The notes under the pieces are model-generated. The model was given only the letters and a program-made list of their open reading frames with translations. It was not told the DNA's origin and did not search any database. The translations under genes and the position numbers were made by a program. This document shows, piece after piece, positions 33,118 through 42,674 of a stretch of 64,000 nucleotides of DNA (positions within the stretch are counted from its first letter, which is position 1; each line of letters begins with the position of its first letter). The DNA comes from an uncultured Pelagibacteraceae bacterium (GTDB lineage Bacteria > Pseudomonadota > Alphaproteobacteria > Pelagibacterales > AG-422-B15). The DNA lies in NCBI GenBank assembly GCA_902525595.1, contig CABZHO010000001.1:69977-133976 (forward strand), given 5' to 3'.

Positions 33118-33240
33118 TTAAGCTTGGTAAATTTCTATGTTATAACTGCTCTTAGCTTCAGATGGTGTATACTCGAGAGAGCCCTTTTTCCCACACCCAA
33201 TAATACATAAACATATAATTATAATACTAATATTTTTCAT
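33118..33240 (-). CDS. 40-aa small lipoprotein, LptM/YifL/LppL-like (absent from ORF track)
   Basis: My translation is MKNISIIIICLCIIGCGKKGSLEYTPSEAKSSYNIEIYQA. It has lipobox IIGC followed by GKKGSL..P. The ATG overlaps the argH 3' end and the TAA abuts the lysA ATG. Confidence 0.7.
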   Translation of the reverse strand: MKNISIIIICLCIIGCGKKGSLEYTPSEAKSSYNIEIYQA

Positions 33241-34624
33241 TTTTTAATTCTTTTCTAGCAAGGCTAATCATTTTTCTTATCTCAGATATAGCGGTTCCAC
33301 CATAACTTTTTTTATTATTGATACTATTTTTTAAATCTAATGTTTCATAAACTGATTTGTCTATATTTTTATCAAATTTCTGAAAGTCTTTCATAGAAAT
33401 TTTGTTCAAATTTATATTCTTTTTTTCGGCAAAATTCACGATCTGAGCCGTCAAATTATGAGCTTTTCTGAATGAATATCCAAGATTAAGTACTAACCAA
33501 TCTGCTAACTCAGTTGCATTTGCATAGGAAAATTTCAATTTTTGTTCAGCAATGGTTTTATTAATTTGAATTGATGAGATTAATTCATACATGCAATCAA
33601 GACAGAGGTGAATATTTTTACTAGATGACGTAACGAGCACTTTATCTTCTTGAAGATCCTTACTGTATGTTAACGGAAGAGACTTTAAAAGGCTTAGCAT
33701 TGAAGACAAATTACCCTGTATTAAAGATGCTTTTGCCCTAATTAATTCAGCGCCATCAGGGTTCTTTTTTTGTGGCATGATTGACGAGCTAGACATTAAT
33801 TGATCTCCAATTTTAAAGAAATTTACTAAATCAGAGCAATAAAAGGCTATTTCTTCCGCCAACCTAGATAAGTGAACAGCTAATAATGATGAACTTGATA
33901 AGAAATCAACAACAAAGTCTCGATCAGAAACTGTGTCAATCGAATTTCTCGTTGGCCTTTTAAAACCAAGCATTTTCGTTGTTTTATTTCGGTTAATTGG
34001 AAAATTGGTTCCTGCCAAAGCGCCGGCCCCTAGAGGGTTTTCGTTTATTCTTTTAAATGCATCGCTGTAGCGTATTGTATCTCTATTAAACATTTCATAA
34101 TATGCCATAAAAAAGTGTCCTGCAGATATTGGTTGCGCAGTTTGTAGGTGTGTTAGCCCAGGGAACAGTATTGAAATGTTTTTATTTGCTACTTGTATTA
34201 AAGATAACTTTAATTTTTTTATTTTTTTTGAAATTAATCTATTATCTTTTTTCATCCATAATTTTAAATCTGTAACAACTTGATCGTTACGCGACCTTCC
34301 GGTATGTAATCTTTCCGCAGCTTGTCCGATAAGTTCAGCTAATCTATGTTCAATATTCATGTGAATATCTTCTAGATTATCATCAAATATAAACTTTTTA
34401 TTTTTAATCTCTGATTTAATTTTTTTTAGACCAGAGATAATATTTTTTGCATCTTTATTAGAAATAATTTTTTGTGAAGAGAGCATCGTTGCATGCGCGA
34501 TTGATGCTTCAATATCTTCGTTAAATAAAAACTTATCATTTTCTAAAGATGAATTTATATTAATAAAGGACTGACTTGCTTCTCTACTGAATCTATTTCT
34601 TAATTTATTTTTTTTTATGGACAT
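33227..34624 (-). CDS. argH: argininosuccinate lyase
   Basis: Fumarate-lyase signature SSIMPQKKNPD and HTGRSRNDQV. Confidence 0.95.
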   Translation of the reverse strand: MSIKKNKLRNRFSREASQSFININSSLENDKFLFNEDIEASIAHATMLSSQKIISNKDAKNIISGLKKIKSEIKNKKFIFDDNLEDIHMNIEHRLAELIGQAAERLHTGRSRNDQVVTDLKLWMKKDNRLISKKIKKLKLSLIQVANKNISILFPGLTHLQTAQPISAGHFFMAYYEMFNRDTIRYSDAFKRINENPLGAGALAGTNFPINRNKTTKMLGFKRPTRNSIDTVSDRDFVVDFLSSSSLLAVHLSRLAEEIAFYCSDLVNFFKIGDQLMSSSSIMPQKKNPDGAELIRAKASLIQGNLSSMLSLLKSLPLTYSKDLQEDKVLVTSSSKNIHLCLDCMYELISSIQINKTIAEQKLKFSYANATELADWLVLNLGYSFRKAHNLTAQIVNFAEKKNINLNKISMKDFQKFDKNIDKSVYETLDLKNSINNKKSYGGTAISEIRKMISLARKELKNEKY

Positions 34625-34655
34625 TTTATTAAAATTATTTATTTCTCAAATTACT

Positions 34656-35189
34656 ATGTCATTTATATTTAGCAGATTAATAATTTTGATGGTATATGCC
34701 ACAATCCTTATCTTTTGCAATAGTTTATATATTGCAAGTTCAATGGCTAATAATTTGATTATTGAGGAAAAACCTGGTTTTGGTAGTAAATTTCAAGATA
34801 TTAATAGTAAAGACCTAAAACTTTCTGATTTTACGGGAAAACTACTTTTGATTAACTTATGGGCAACTTGGTGTGAGCCTTGTAAAGAAGAGATGCCTTC
34901 GTTAGATAGACTTCAAAAACAATATAATAAAGAAGATTTCCACATTCTTGCAATCAGTATCGACCGAGGACCAAAAAAAAATTCAGCTAATTTTTTTGTA
35001 GATTATAAAATATCTAACATTGATTTATTTTTTGATGACAAAAATAATATTCCTAGAGAAGTACGCGCAGCTGGGCTTCCATTTTCGTTATTTATTAATC
35101 AGGAAGGTAAACAAATAGCAAAATTGATTGGTCCAGCTGAATGGGACAGCATTTATTTTAAAGATTTTGTAAACAGCAACTTAAATTGA
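34656..35189 (+). CDS. TlpA-like periplasmic thiol:disulfide oxidoreductase
   Basis: Signal-anchor then a thioredoxin fold with WATWCEPCKEEMP. I moved the start to the internal ATG at 34656 because the longer ORF overlaps the argH start. Confidence 0.82.
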   Translation: MSFIFSRLIILMVYATILIFCNSLYIASSMANNLIIEEKPGFGSKFQDINSKDLKLSDFTGKLLLINLWATWCEPCKEEMPSLDRLQKQYNKEDFHILAISIDRGPKKNSANFFVDYKISNIDLFFDDKNNIPREVRAAGLPFSLFINQEGKQIAKLIGPAEWDSIYFKDFVNSNLN

Positions 35190-35191
35190 AT

Positions 35192-36121
35192 TTATAAAGC
35201 TTGTTCTAATTCAGGTAGCACTTGGAATAGATCAGCGACTAATCCATAATCAGCAACGTCAAATATAGGAGCCTCTTCATCTTTATTGATAGCAACGATA
35301 ACCTTAGAGTCCTTCATCCCAGCTAAATGTTGGATTGCTCCAGATATGCCTACAGCAATATAAAGTTCGGGAGCAACCACTTTACCTGTTTGTCCAACCT
35401 GATAATCATTGGGAACAAAGCCTGCATCTACAGCAGCACGGGAAGCACCTACAGCTGCACCAAGTTTTTCAGCAACCTTATCAAGAAGCTCGAAATTTTC
35501 TCCATTTTGCATGCCTCTTCCACCGGAAATAATTGTCTTAGCAGAAGTTAGTTCTGGTCGGTCAGATTTTGTTAATTCTTCCCCAATAAATTCAGAAATA
35601 GATGGAATATTTTCAGCGGTTATATTAACCACTTCGCATTCTGCAGAATCAGTTGTCGCGGCTTTAAAAGCAGTTGGCCTAACAGTTAGAACTTTTTTGG
35701 CATCTGTTGTTTGAACTGTTGCAATAGCATTTCCAGCATAAATTGTTCTAATAAATGTATCTGCGCTTTCCACAGAAACAATCTCAGATATTTGTGACAC
35801 ATCAAGTTTAGCTGCGAGTCTTGGCATAACATTTTTACCTGTCGTTGTAGCTGCTGCCAAGAAGTAGTCATAATCATTTGCAACATTTAACATCACTTGA
35901 GTAAGTTTTTCTGCGAGAACATTGTCAAAAGCTTCATCATCAACATGCAATAGTTTGTTAAGACCATTAATTTTTGAAGCCTCAGCGACTGCATCACTGA
36001 TATTTGAGCCAACGATTAATCCATGAACATCACCTTCGATATTCGTAGTTGCAGTGATTGCTTTTAAGCTTTGATCACTAATTTTGCCATTATTATGTTC
36101 TATATAAAATAGTGTTGTCAT
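35192..36121 (-). CDS. etfA: electron transfer flavoprotein alpha subunit
   Basis: Conserved [22 protein letters not shown]-binding motif. Confidence 0.95.
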   Translation of the reverse strand: MTTLFYIEHNNGKISDQSLKAITATTNIEGDVHGLIVGSNISDAVAEASKINGLNKLLHVDDEAFDNVLAEKLTQVMLNVANDYDYFLAAATTTGKNVMPRLAAKLDVSQISEIVSVESADTFIRTIYAGNAIATVQTTDAKKVLTVRPTAFKAATTDSAECEVVNITAENIPSISEFIGEELTKSDRPELTSAKTIISGGRGMQNGENFELLDKVAEKLGAAVGASRAAVDAGFVPNDYQVGQTGKVVAPELYIAVGISGAIQHLAGMKDSKVIVAINKDEEAPIFDVADYGLVADLFQVLPELEQAL

Positions 36122-36867
36122 ATTACCCCTGCCTCATTTTTTAGTTTTTCTACAAGTTCTTCTATACTTTCAACTTTTATCCCCGCTTGTCTTTTTGGAG
36201 GTTCAATAACTTTTAAAATATTAACTCTTGGTGAAACGTTGATACCAAAATCTTCAGGAGATTTTTGATCAATGGGCTTTTTCTTAGCCTTCATGATATT
36301 AGGTAATGATGCATATCTTGGCTCATTTAATCTTAAATCGGTTGTAATAATTGCAGGCATATTTAAGTTTACGGTTTGTAAGCCACCATCGATTTCTCTG
36401 GTGACTTTCACTTTTTCACTATCGATTTCAATTTTGGAGGCAAAAGTTCCTTGAGGCATATCAGTTAGCGCAGCCAGCATTTGGCCTGTTTGATTGTTAT
36501 CTCCATCAATTGCCTGTTTTCCTGAAATGATAAGGCCTGGAGATTCACTCTCACAAATCTTTGCTAAAATTTTCGCTATTGAGATGGGCTCAACTCTCTC
36601 CTCAGTTAAAACATGAATACCACGATCTGCTCCCATAGCTAATGCAGTTCGTATCGTTTCCTGACATGATTGGTTGCCAATAGAAACCGCAATTATTTCT
36701 TCTGCTTTCCCTGCTTCTTTTATTCTGATTGCTTCTTCAACTGCTATTTCACAGAATGGATTCATTGACATTTTAACATTTTCGGTTTCAACGCCTGTCT
36801 GGTCAGACTTTACTCTAATGTTCACGTAAGGATCAATAACTCGTTTTACAGGGACTAAAATTTTCAT
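36118..36867 (-). CDS. etfB: electron transfer flavoprotein beta subunit
   Basis: [12 protein letters not shown]-terminus and [20 protein letters not shown]. Confidence 0.95.
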   Translation of the reverse strand: MKILVPVKRVIDPYVNIRVKSDQTGVETENVKMSMNPFCEIAVEEAIRIKEAGKAEEIIAVSIGNQSCQETIRTALAMGADRGIHVLTEERVEPISIAKILAKICESESPGLIISGKQAIDGDNNQTGQMLAALTDMPQGTFASKIEIDSEKVKVTREIDGGLQTVNLNMPAIITTDLRLNEPRYASLPNIMKAKKKPIDQKSPEDFGINVSPRVNILKVIEPPKRQAGIKVESIEELVEKLKNEAGVI

Positions 36868-36910
36868 GATTTAAGTGTTATAATTTTTTTTTAGTTGAGT
36901 AAACATATTT

Positions 36911-37474
36911 TTATACATTCTTACCTGGTTTCCAAAGTATATCTTTTTTTCCATTCTTGTTTTCAACTCTAGATAATACAAAGAATAAATCTGACAAGCG
37001 ATTGATGTATTTAATAGCTTCTTCATTTACTTTTTCATTTTTAGCTAAAGAAACCATCTGAGTTTCTGCTCTTCGAGTAACAGTTCTTGCGTTGTGTAAA
37101 AATGCCGCAGTAATTGTGCCGCCAGGAAGAATAAATGAATTAAGGGGGGTAAGCTTAGAATTATATTTATCTATTGTTTTTTCTATTCTTAAAACTTGAT
37201 TTTTAGTTATACGTAGTGGCTTATATTTTGGCCTTTGCTGTATAGGTGTTGCTAGATCAGCACCTAAATCAAATAAATCGTTTTGTATTTCTGATATAAT
37301 TTTTTTTAAAGTTGCCTTGGCTTGGATATTAAGAACACCTAATATTGAATTAAGCTCATCAACTGTGCCATATGCTTTAATTCTAATGTTATCCTTTGAG
37401 ACTCTCTTACCATTAACCAAACCTGTTTTGCCTTTATCACCAGCCCTGGTATAAATTTTATTTAATTTGACCAT
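36911..37474 (-). CDS. PduO-type ATP:cob(I)alamin adenosyltransferase
   Basis: N-terminal IYTRAGDKGKTGL motif, 187 aa. MMAB/PduO family. Confidence 0.88.
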   Translation of the reverse strand: MVKLNKIYTRAGDKGKTGLVNGKRVSKDNIRIKAYGTVDELNSILGVLNIQAKATLKKIISEIQNDLFDLGADLATPIQQRPKYKPLRITKNQVLRIEKTIDKYNSKLTPLNSFILPGGTITAAFLHNARTVTRRAETQMVSLAKNEKVNEEAIKYINRLSDLFFVLSRVENKNGKKDILWKPGKNV

Positions 37475-37677
37475 TAATTATTGGTAGAAAAGTAAAGAGC
37501 ACTCATAATGATTACAATTGCGATAAACTGTAGAGTAATTCTTAGTCTCATTAGTTTATTTGAATATTTTCTATTAAAATCTCCACCTTTAAACATTGCA
37601 TATAGACCAGTGCCTAGGACAGCTAAAACTGCAAGCAGTGATATTGGAATTAATAAGTAATATAAAAAACCTGGCAT
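37474..37677 (-). CDS. twin-transmembrane-helix small protein (HIG1-like)
   Basis: 67 aa with two TM helices and a basic loop. The stop overlaps the adenosyltransferase ATG (TAATG). Confidence 0.7.
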   Translation of the reverse strand: MPGFLYYLLIPISLLAVLAVLGTGLYAMFKGGDFNRKYSNKLMRLRITLQFIAIVIIMSALYFSTNN

Positions 37678-37683
37678 ATTGAA

Positions 37684-39339
37684 TTAAGCTGGATTTGTAG
37701 ATACTAATCTACGTGTTACAATATCTGCCTGTATTTCAGCTGTACCTTCAAATATATTTAGAATTCTCGAGTCACATAATATTCTGCTAATTGGATATTC
37801 AAGAGCAAAGCCGTTTCCACCATGAATTTGAACTCCATTATCTGCACATGCCCAAGCAACTCTTGCTGCTAACATTTTTGCCATTCCTGCCTCTAAATCA
37901 CAACGGTGTCCTTTATCTTTTTCTTTTGCCGCGAAGTAAGTTAACTGTCGTGCAGCCATTATTTCAGTTGCCATAGAAACAATTTTAGAGGCATTTCTCG
38001 GTTTATCGTATAGTGAACCACCGTTTGTATCTGTTCTGTCGATTGCATATTGCATTGCTGTTTCAAAAGCTGACTGAGCAACACCCAACGCTCTCGCAGC
38101 TGTTTGGATACGTGCTGCTTCAAAAGTTTCCATCATTTGCTTAAATCCGTTACCTTCTTTTTCACCGAGAAGATTTTGTTTTTTAACTTTAAAGCCATCA
38201 AAAGCCATCTCATATTCTTTCATACCCCTGTAACCCAATACTTCTATCTCACCGCCACTAATACCCTCATCAGGAAACATGTTATCATCATCACCTCTTT
38301 GCTTTTCAGCAAGAAACATTGATAGTCCCTTATATCCTTTTTCATCTGGGTTTGTGCGGGCAAGCAACATCATGATGTCACTTCTTGCGCCATGAGTGAC
38401 CCATGTTTTATTTCCAGTAATTGTATAGTGCTCGCCGTTTTCTACAGCTCTAGTTTTGAACGATCCCATATCTGACCCCGAATGCGGTTCAGTGAGAACA
38501 GCACATGGAAGTATTTCGCCAGAAGCAATTTTTGGAAGATATTTATTTTTTTGTTCTTCTGTGCCACCTGTAATTAACAGTTCTGCAGCTATATCCCCAC
38601 GAGTACCAAGTGAACCAATTCCAATATAACCTCTCGCAAGTTCCTCGGTGACTACGCAGTCAACAAACCTTGTCATCCCAAGACCACCATATTCTTCGGG
38701 AATTGTTAGACCAAAAACACCAAGTTCAGACATTTTTTCAATAACAGATATTGGAATTAAGTTATCCTTCAAGTGCCATTCATGAGCATTGGGGGTGACA
38801 TCATCTTCTACAAATTTTCTGAATTGCTCCTGAATAATTGATGTTGTTTCGTCTAAGCCACTGTTTCCAAAGTTTCTGCTTGAAAAACCTTCTTTTAAAA
38901 GTTCAGCAAGCTGCATTCGGTCTGTTGTTCCATTTCCGTTTAAAATTAGGTCATTAAACTCTTCAGTTCCATTTTCTTGAAATAAGCCATTTTTTAATCC
39001 TAGATCTTGAGGACGAACGTACTCAAGTTGTGACATTGGAATACCTGATTTAATCTGGGCACAATATTCTGAAAAAATAATTTGCAGCATTAACTGCTCA
39101 GTCTTATTAAAGAGTCCGTTCGTTTCAAGATCAGATGCCCAATTAACCATTTCTTTTAGAGTGGCTCTATAAGCAGCAACCCAAGACAGTCCATGTGCAG
39201 CGTGTTGCTCTCTATCTAAGTTATCACGTGATAGCTTTCCATTAACAATCAACTCACCTCTCACGTGTTGCAAGGCAGCATCGTAGTATTTATCTACGGT
39301 GATAAGAGACTTTTGACATTTGGAAATTAATTCATGCAT
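37684..39339 (-). CDS. mcd: long-form acyl-CoA dehydrogenase, probable (2S)-methylsuccinyl-CoA dehydrogenase
   Basis: ACAD core with an N-terminal extension of about 170 aa (551 aa total), as in Mcd. It lies directly downstream of ccr and next to etfBA. Confidence 0.6.
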   Translation of the reverse strand: MHELISKCQKSLITVDKYYDAALQHVRGELIVNGKLSRDNLDREQHAAHGLSWVAAYRATLKEMVNWASDLETNGLFNKTEQLMLQIIFSEYCAQIKSGIPMSQLEYVRPQDLGLKNGLFQENGTEEFNDLILNGNGTTDRMQLAELLKEGFSSRNFGNSGLDETTSIIQEQFRKFVEDDVTPNAHEWHLKDNLIPISVIEKMSELGVFGLTIPEEYGGLGMTRFVDCVVTEELARGYIGIGSLGTRGDIAAELLITGGTEEQKNKYLPKIASGEILPCAVLTEPHSGSDMGSFKTRAVENGEHYTITGNKTWVTHGARSDIMMLLARTNPDEKGYKGLSMFLAEKQRGDDDNMFPDEGISGGEIEVLGYRGMKEYEMAFDGFKVKKQNLLGEKEGNGFKQMMETFEAARIQTAARALGVAQSAFETAMQYAIDRTDTNGGSLYDKPRNASKIVSMATEIMAARQLTYFAAKEKDKGHRCDLEAGMAKMLAARVAWACADNGVQIHGGNGFALEYPISRILCDSRILNIFEGTAEIQADIVTRRLVSTNPA

Positions 39340-39349
39340 AACAAGTTTT

Positions 39350-40585
39350 CTAATTTAATGATTTTTGACCTTCTTTTGCAGCACCCACAAGAACAGACAT
39401 ATTTCCACCCTTATGCTCATTATTAAGCATTTTTTCATGCGCATCTGGAATATTATCCCAAGCAAAAAGCTCTGACATACAAGGATCTAAAGTTCCATCA
39501 ATCACAAGTTCGTTTGCAGCACTTGCCTGCTTAGAGTTACCAAAGTGTGAACCTTGAAGTCTTTTACTTTGCATCCAAAGGTATCTTGCATCTAATGTAA
39601 GATTATAGCCTGTAGTTCCGGCACAAATGACTACCATACCGCCGGGTTTAACAACAAAGCATGATACAGGAACAGTGGTTTCACCAGGATGTTCAAATAC
39701 CATATCAACGTTATTCCCTTTTCCAGTAAATTCCCATAGTGCTTTTCCAAACTTTCTGACTTCTTTCATGTAATTACCATATGTTTCAGCATCATCAATG
39801 TCTGGATGTTCGCCCCAACAGTTAAAGTCTTTTCTATTTAAAACGCCAACAGCACCGAGATTTTTTACATAGTCAATTTTTGAGTTATCTGAGACAATTC
39901 CAATTGGTTTAGCGCCAACAATTTTTGCAAGTTGAACAGCCATACTTCCTAAGCCACCCGATGCACCCCATATCAAAACAAAGTCTCCCGGTTTTAATTC
40001 ATTTGGGGCATGACCAAAAAGCATTCTGTAGGCAGTAGCGAGTGTAAGCATGTAACAGCCACTCTCTTCCCAAGATAAATTCGGAGGCTTTCGTAGTACT
40101 TGATGGGCTTGTACGGCTGTGAATTGTGCAAATGTTCCATCTGCAGTTTCATAACCAAAGACTTTATTTGTTTTAGATATCATAGGTTCACCACCGTTCA
40201 CTTCAGCATCCTCATGATCCCATTGCATTCCGTGTATTATTACTTCATCGCCTATTTTCCACTTCTTAACGTCTGAACCAACTTTCCACACTATTCCTGA
40301 ACAATCGGAGCCAGCAATATGATAATCTTTCTTTGTCATATCGAGAGTTGAAACTGGCTTACCGAGACCTGCCCATACTCCATTATAATTCACACCAGCG
40401 GCCATAACAAAAATAAGTACATCATTCGGACCAACCTCAGGTATATCGAATTCCTCTTCTTTAAATGACTTCATTGGATTTCCGTGACGATCTCTTCTAA
40501 TTACCCATGCATGCATTTTTTTAGGCATGTAACCGAGTGGCGGTATCTCACCAATTGCATAAATGTCTTTTTCTTCAGTGGTCAT
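39350..40585 (-). CDS. ccr: crotonyl-CoA carboxylase/reductase
   Basis: MDR-family enoyl reductase with the Ccr-like N-terminus (..MHAWVIRR....VMAAGVNYNGVWA..). Divergent from ecm. Start set at ATG 40585, preceded by AGGAG. Confidence 0.8.
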   Translation of the reverse strand: MTTEEKDIYAIGEIPPLGYMPKKMHAWVIRRDRHGNPMKSFKEEEFDIPEVGPNDVLIFVMAAGVNYNGVWAGLGKPVSTLDMTKKDYHIAGSDCSGIVWKVGSDVKKWKIGDEVIIHGMQWDHEDAEVNGGEPMISKTNKVFGYETADGTFAQFTAVQAHQVLRKPPNLSWEESGCYMLTLATAYRMLFGHAPNELKPGDFVLIWGASGGLGSMAVQLAKIVGAKPIGIVSDNSKIDYVKNLGAVGVLNRKDFNCWGEHPDIDDAETYGNYMKEVRKFGKALWEFTGKGNNVDMVFEHPGETTVPVSCFVVKPGGMVVICAGTTGYNLTLDARYLWMQSKRLQGSHFGNSKQASAANELVIDGTLDPCMSELFAWDNIPDAHEKMLNNEHKGGNMSVLVGAAKEGQKSLN

Positions 40586-40718
40586 AGATAGGCTCCTGTG
40601 ATGTAAATATATAAAACTAATGTTTCTTTTTTCTAGGTTTATAGCCATTTTAAATAGATTAGTATATACATTTTAAATAAAAGGATTTATTAAAACGAAA
40701 AAAAAACGTTGAAAAACA

Positions 40719-42674
40719 ATGGATAAACCGTGGCTGATAAGAACTTATGCAGGACATTCGTCTGCCAAAAAGTCAAATGAACTGTATCTTAAGAACCTTT
40801 CAAAGGGGCAAACAGGCATCTCAGTAGCCTTTGATTTACCTACTCAGACAGGATATGACAGTGATCACATACTGGCTAAAGGTGAAGTTGGTAAAGTGGG
40901 AGTTCCAATTTGTCATATTGGAGATATGAGATCGTTGTTTAATGAAATTCCACTCGATAAAATGAATACATCAATGACGATTAATGCGACAGCAGCTTGG
41001 TTGCTTAGTTTGTATGTTGCAGTTGCAGATGAGCAAGGAATTGATCGAAATAACTTACGTGGAACGACACAAAATGATGTTTTAAAAGAATATCTTTCGA
41101 GAGGAACTTATATTCTTCCTCCAGATCCAAGTTTAAAAATTATTTCTGATGTAATTACCTTTACATTTAAAGAGATGCCAAACTGGAATCCAATCAATGT
41201 TTGTCCATATCATTTGGTTGAGGTTGGGGCAACACCAGAGCAAGAACTGGCTTTCGGACTTTCAATCGCAGTTGCTTATCTCGATAAAGTAAAAACTTCA
41301 AATACGCTGACCGAAGAACAATTTGAAAATGTAGTAGGCCGCATAAGTTTCTTTGTAAACTCAGGAATTAAATTTATTACTGAAATGTGTAAAATGAGAG
41401 CTTTTGTTTCTTTGTGGGATGAAATAACAAAAGAGCGATACAATGTGAAGGATCCAAAAAATAGAAGATTCAGATATGGTATGCAAGTCAATAGCCTAGG
41501 TTTAACTGAACAGCAGCCAGAAAATAATGTTTATAGAATCTTGATTGAAATGCTAGGTGTAGTTCTCTCAAAAGATGCAAGAGCACGTGCTGTTCAACTA
41601 CCAGCTTGGAATGAAGCAATGGGACTACCAAGACCATGGGACCAACAATGGTCATTAAGATTACAGCAAATTGTTGCGTATGAGACTGACCTTTTACATT
41701 TTGATGATATATTTAATGGCTCGGGAGTGATTGATAAGAAAGTTAAGAAACTAAAAGAGTCAGCAATGAAGCAATTCAACCATATTCAATCAATTGGGGG
41801 AGCAGTTACTGCAGTTGAGAGCGGTTATTTAAAGCAGGAACTCGTAAATTCACAAAAAGAAAGATTAGAAAGAATAAATAGCAAAGAACAAATCGTTGTT
41901 GGTGTGAATGAATATATTGAAACTGAAGAATCACCTCTAGTTTCTAACGATGGTGGTATTGAAACAATCGATCCAAAGATAGAAAATGAACAAGTTAAAG
42001 CGGTAATTGATTGGCGAAAAGGGCGGGATCAAAAAGAAGTTGAAAAAGCATTGATACGATTATCCGAAACTGCAAAATCTGGCGAAAATATTATGGAAGC
42101 GTCTATAGCTGCTGCAAAAGCCGGGGTAACCACAGGAGAATGGTCGGAAGTCTTAAGAGATGTTTTTGGAGAATTTAAAGCACCAACAGGAATAAGCAAT
42201 ATTCAGCCTTCAAATAATGATGATTACAGCTCAATTCGAAAAAGAGTTGAGTCATTGTCTGATAAGATGGGAAGGAGGATTAAGTTTCTTGTCGGTAAAC
42301 CAGGTCTTGACGGACATTCGAGTGGAGCGGAACAAATTGCTGTGAGTGCAAGTGACTGCGGAATGGATGTATTGTATGAAGGAATAAGATTGACTCCTGA
42401 ACAAATTGTAAAATCCTCGGTTGAGGAAGATGTTCATATCATAGGACTATCTATATTATCAGGATCACATGTGCAGCTCGTTGGAGAGATTATGAATGAA
42501 ATGAAAAAAAATAAGATTGATAATATTCCTGTAATTGTTGGGGGAATAATCCCAACGGATGATGAAAAGATCTTAATAAAAAGTGGTGTGCAAGCTGTAT
42601 ATACGCCGAAAGATTACCAACTCAAGGATATAATGAGTGATATAGTCAGCATTGTTGAAAGAAAAGTATCATAA
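40719..42674 (+). CDS. ecm: ethylmalonyl-CoA mutase (AdoCbl-dependent)
   Basis: 651-aa fused mutase starting MDKPWLIRTYAGHSSAKKSNELY, with a C-terminal B12-binding domain (GLDGHSSG). It is shorter than the Mcm at 60753 and paired with ccr. Confidence 0.8.
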   Translation: MDKPWLIRTYAGHSSAKKSNELYLKNLSKGQTGISVAFDLPTQTGYDSDHILAKGEVGKVGVPICHIGDMRSLFNEIPLDKMNTSMTINATAAWLLSLYVAVADEQGIDRNNLRGTTQNDVLKEYLSRGTYILPPDPSLKIISDVITFTFKEMPNWNPINVCPYHLVEVGATPEQELAFGLSIAVAYLDKVKTSNTLTEEQFENVVGRISFFVNSGIKFITEMCKMRAFVSLWDEITKERYNVKDPKNRRFRYGMQVNSLGLTEQQPENNVYRILIEMLGVVLSKDARARAVQLPAWNEAMGLPRPWDQQWSLRLQQIVAYETDLLHFDDIFNGSGVIDKKVKKLKESAMKQFNHIQSIGGAVTAVESGYLKQELVNSQKERLERINSKEQIVVGVNEYIETEESPLVSNDGGIETIDPKIENEQVKAVIDWRKGRDQKEVEKALIRLSETAKSGENIMEASIAAAKAGVTTGEWSEVLRDVFGEFKAPTGISNIQPSNNDDYSSIRKRVESLSDKMGRRIKFLVGKPGLDGHSSGAEQIAVSASDCGMDVLYEGIRLTPEQIVKSSVEEDVHIIGLSILSGSHVQLVGEIMNEMKKNKIDNIPVIVGGIIPTDDEKILIKSGVQAVYTPKDYQLKDIMSDIVSIVERKVS

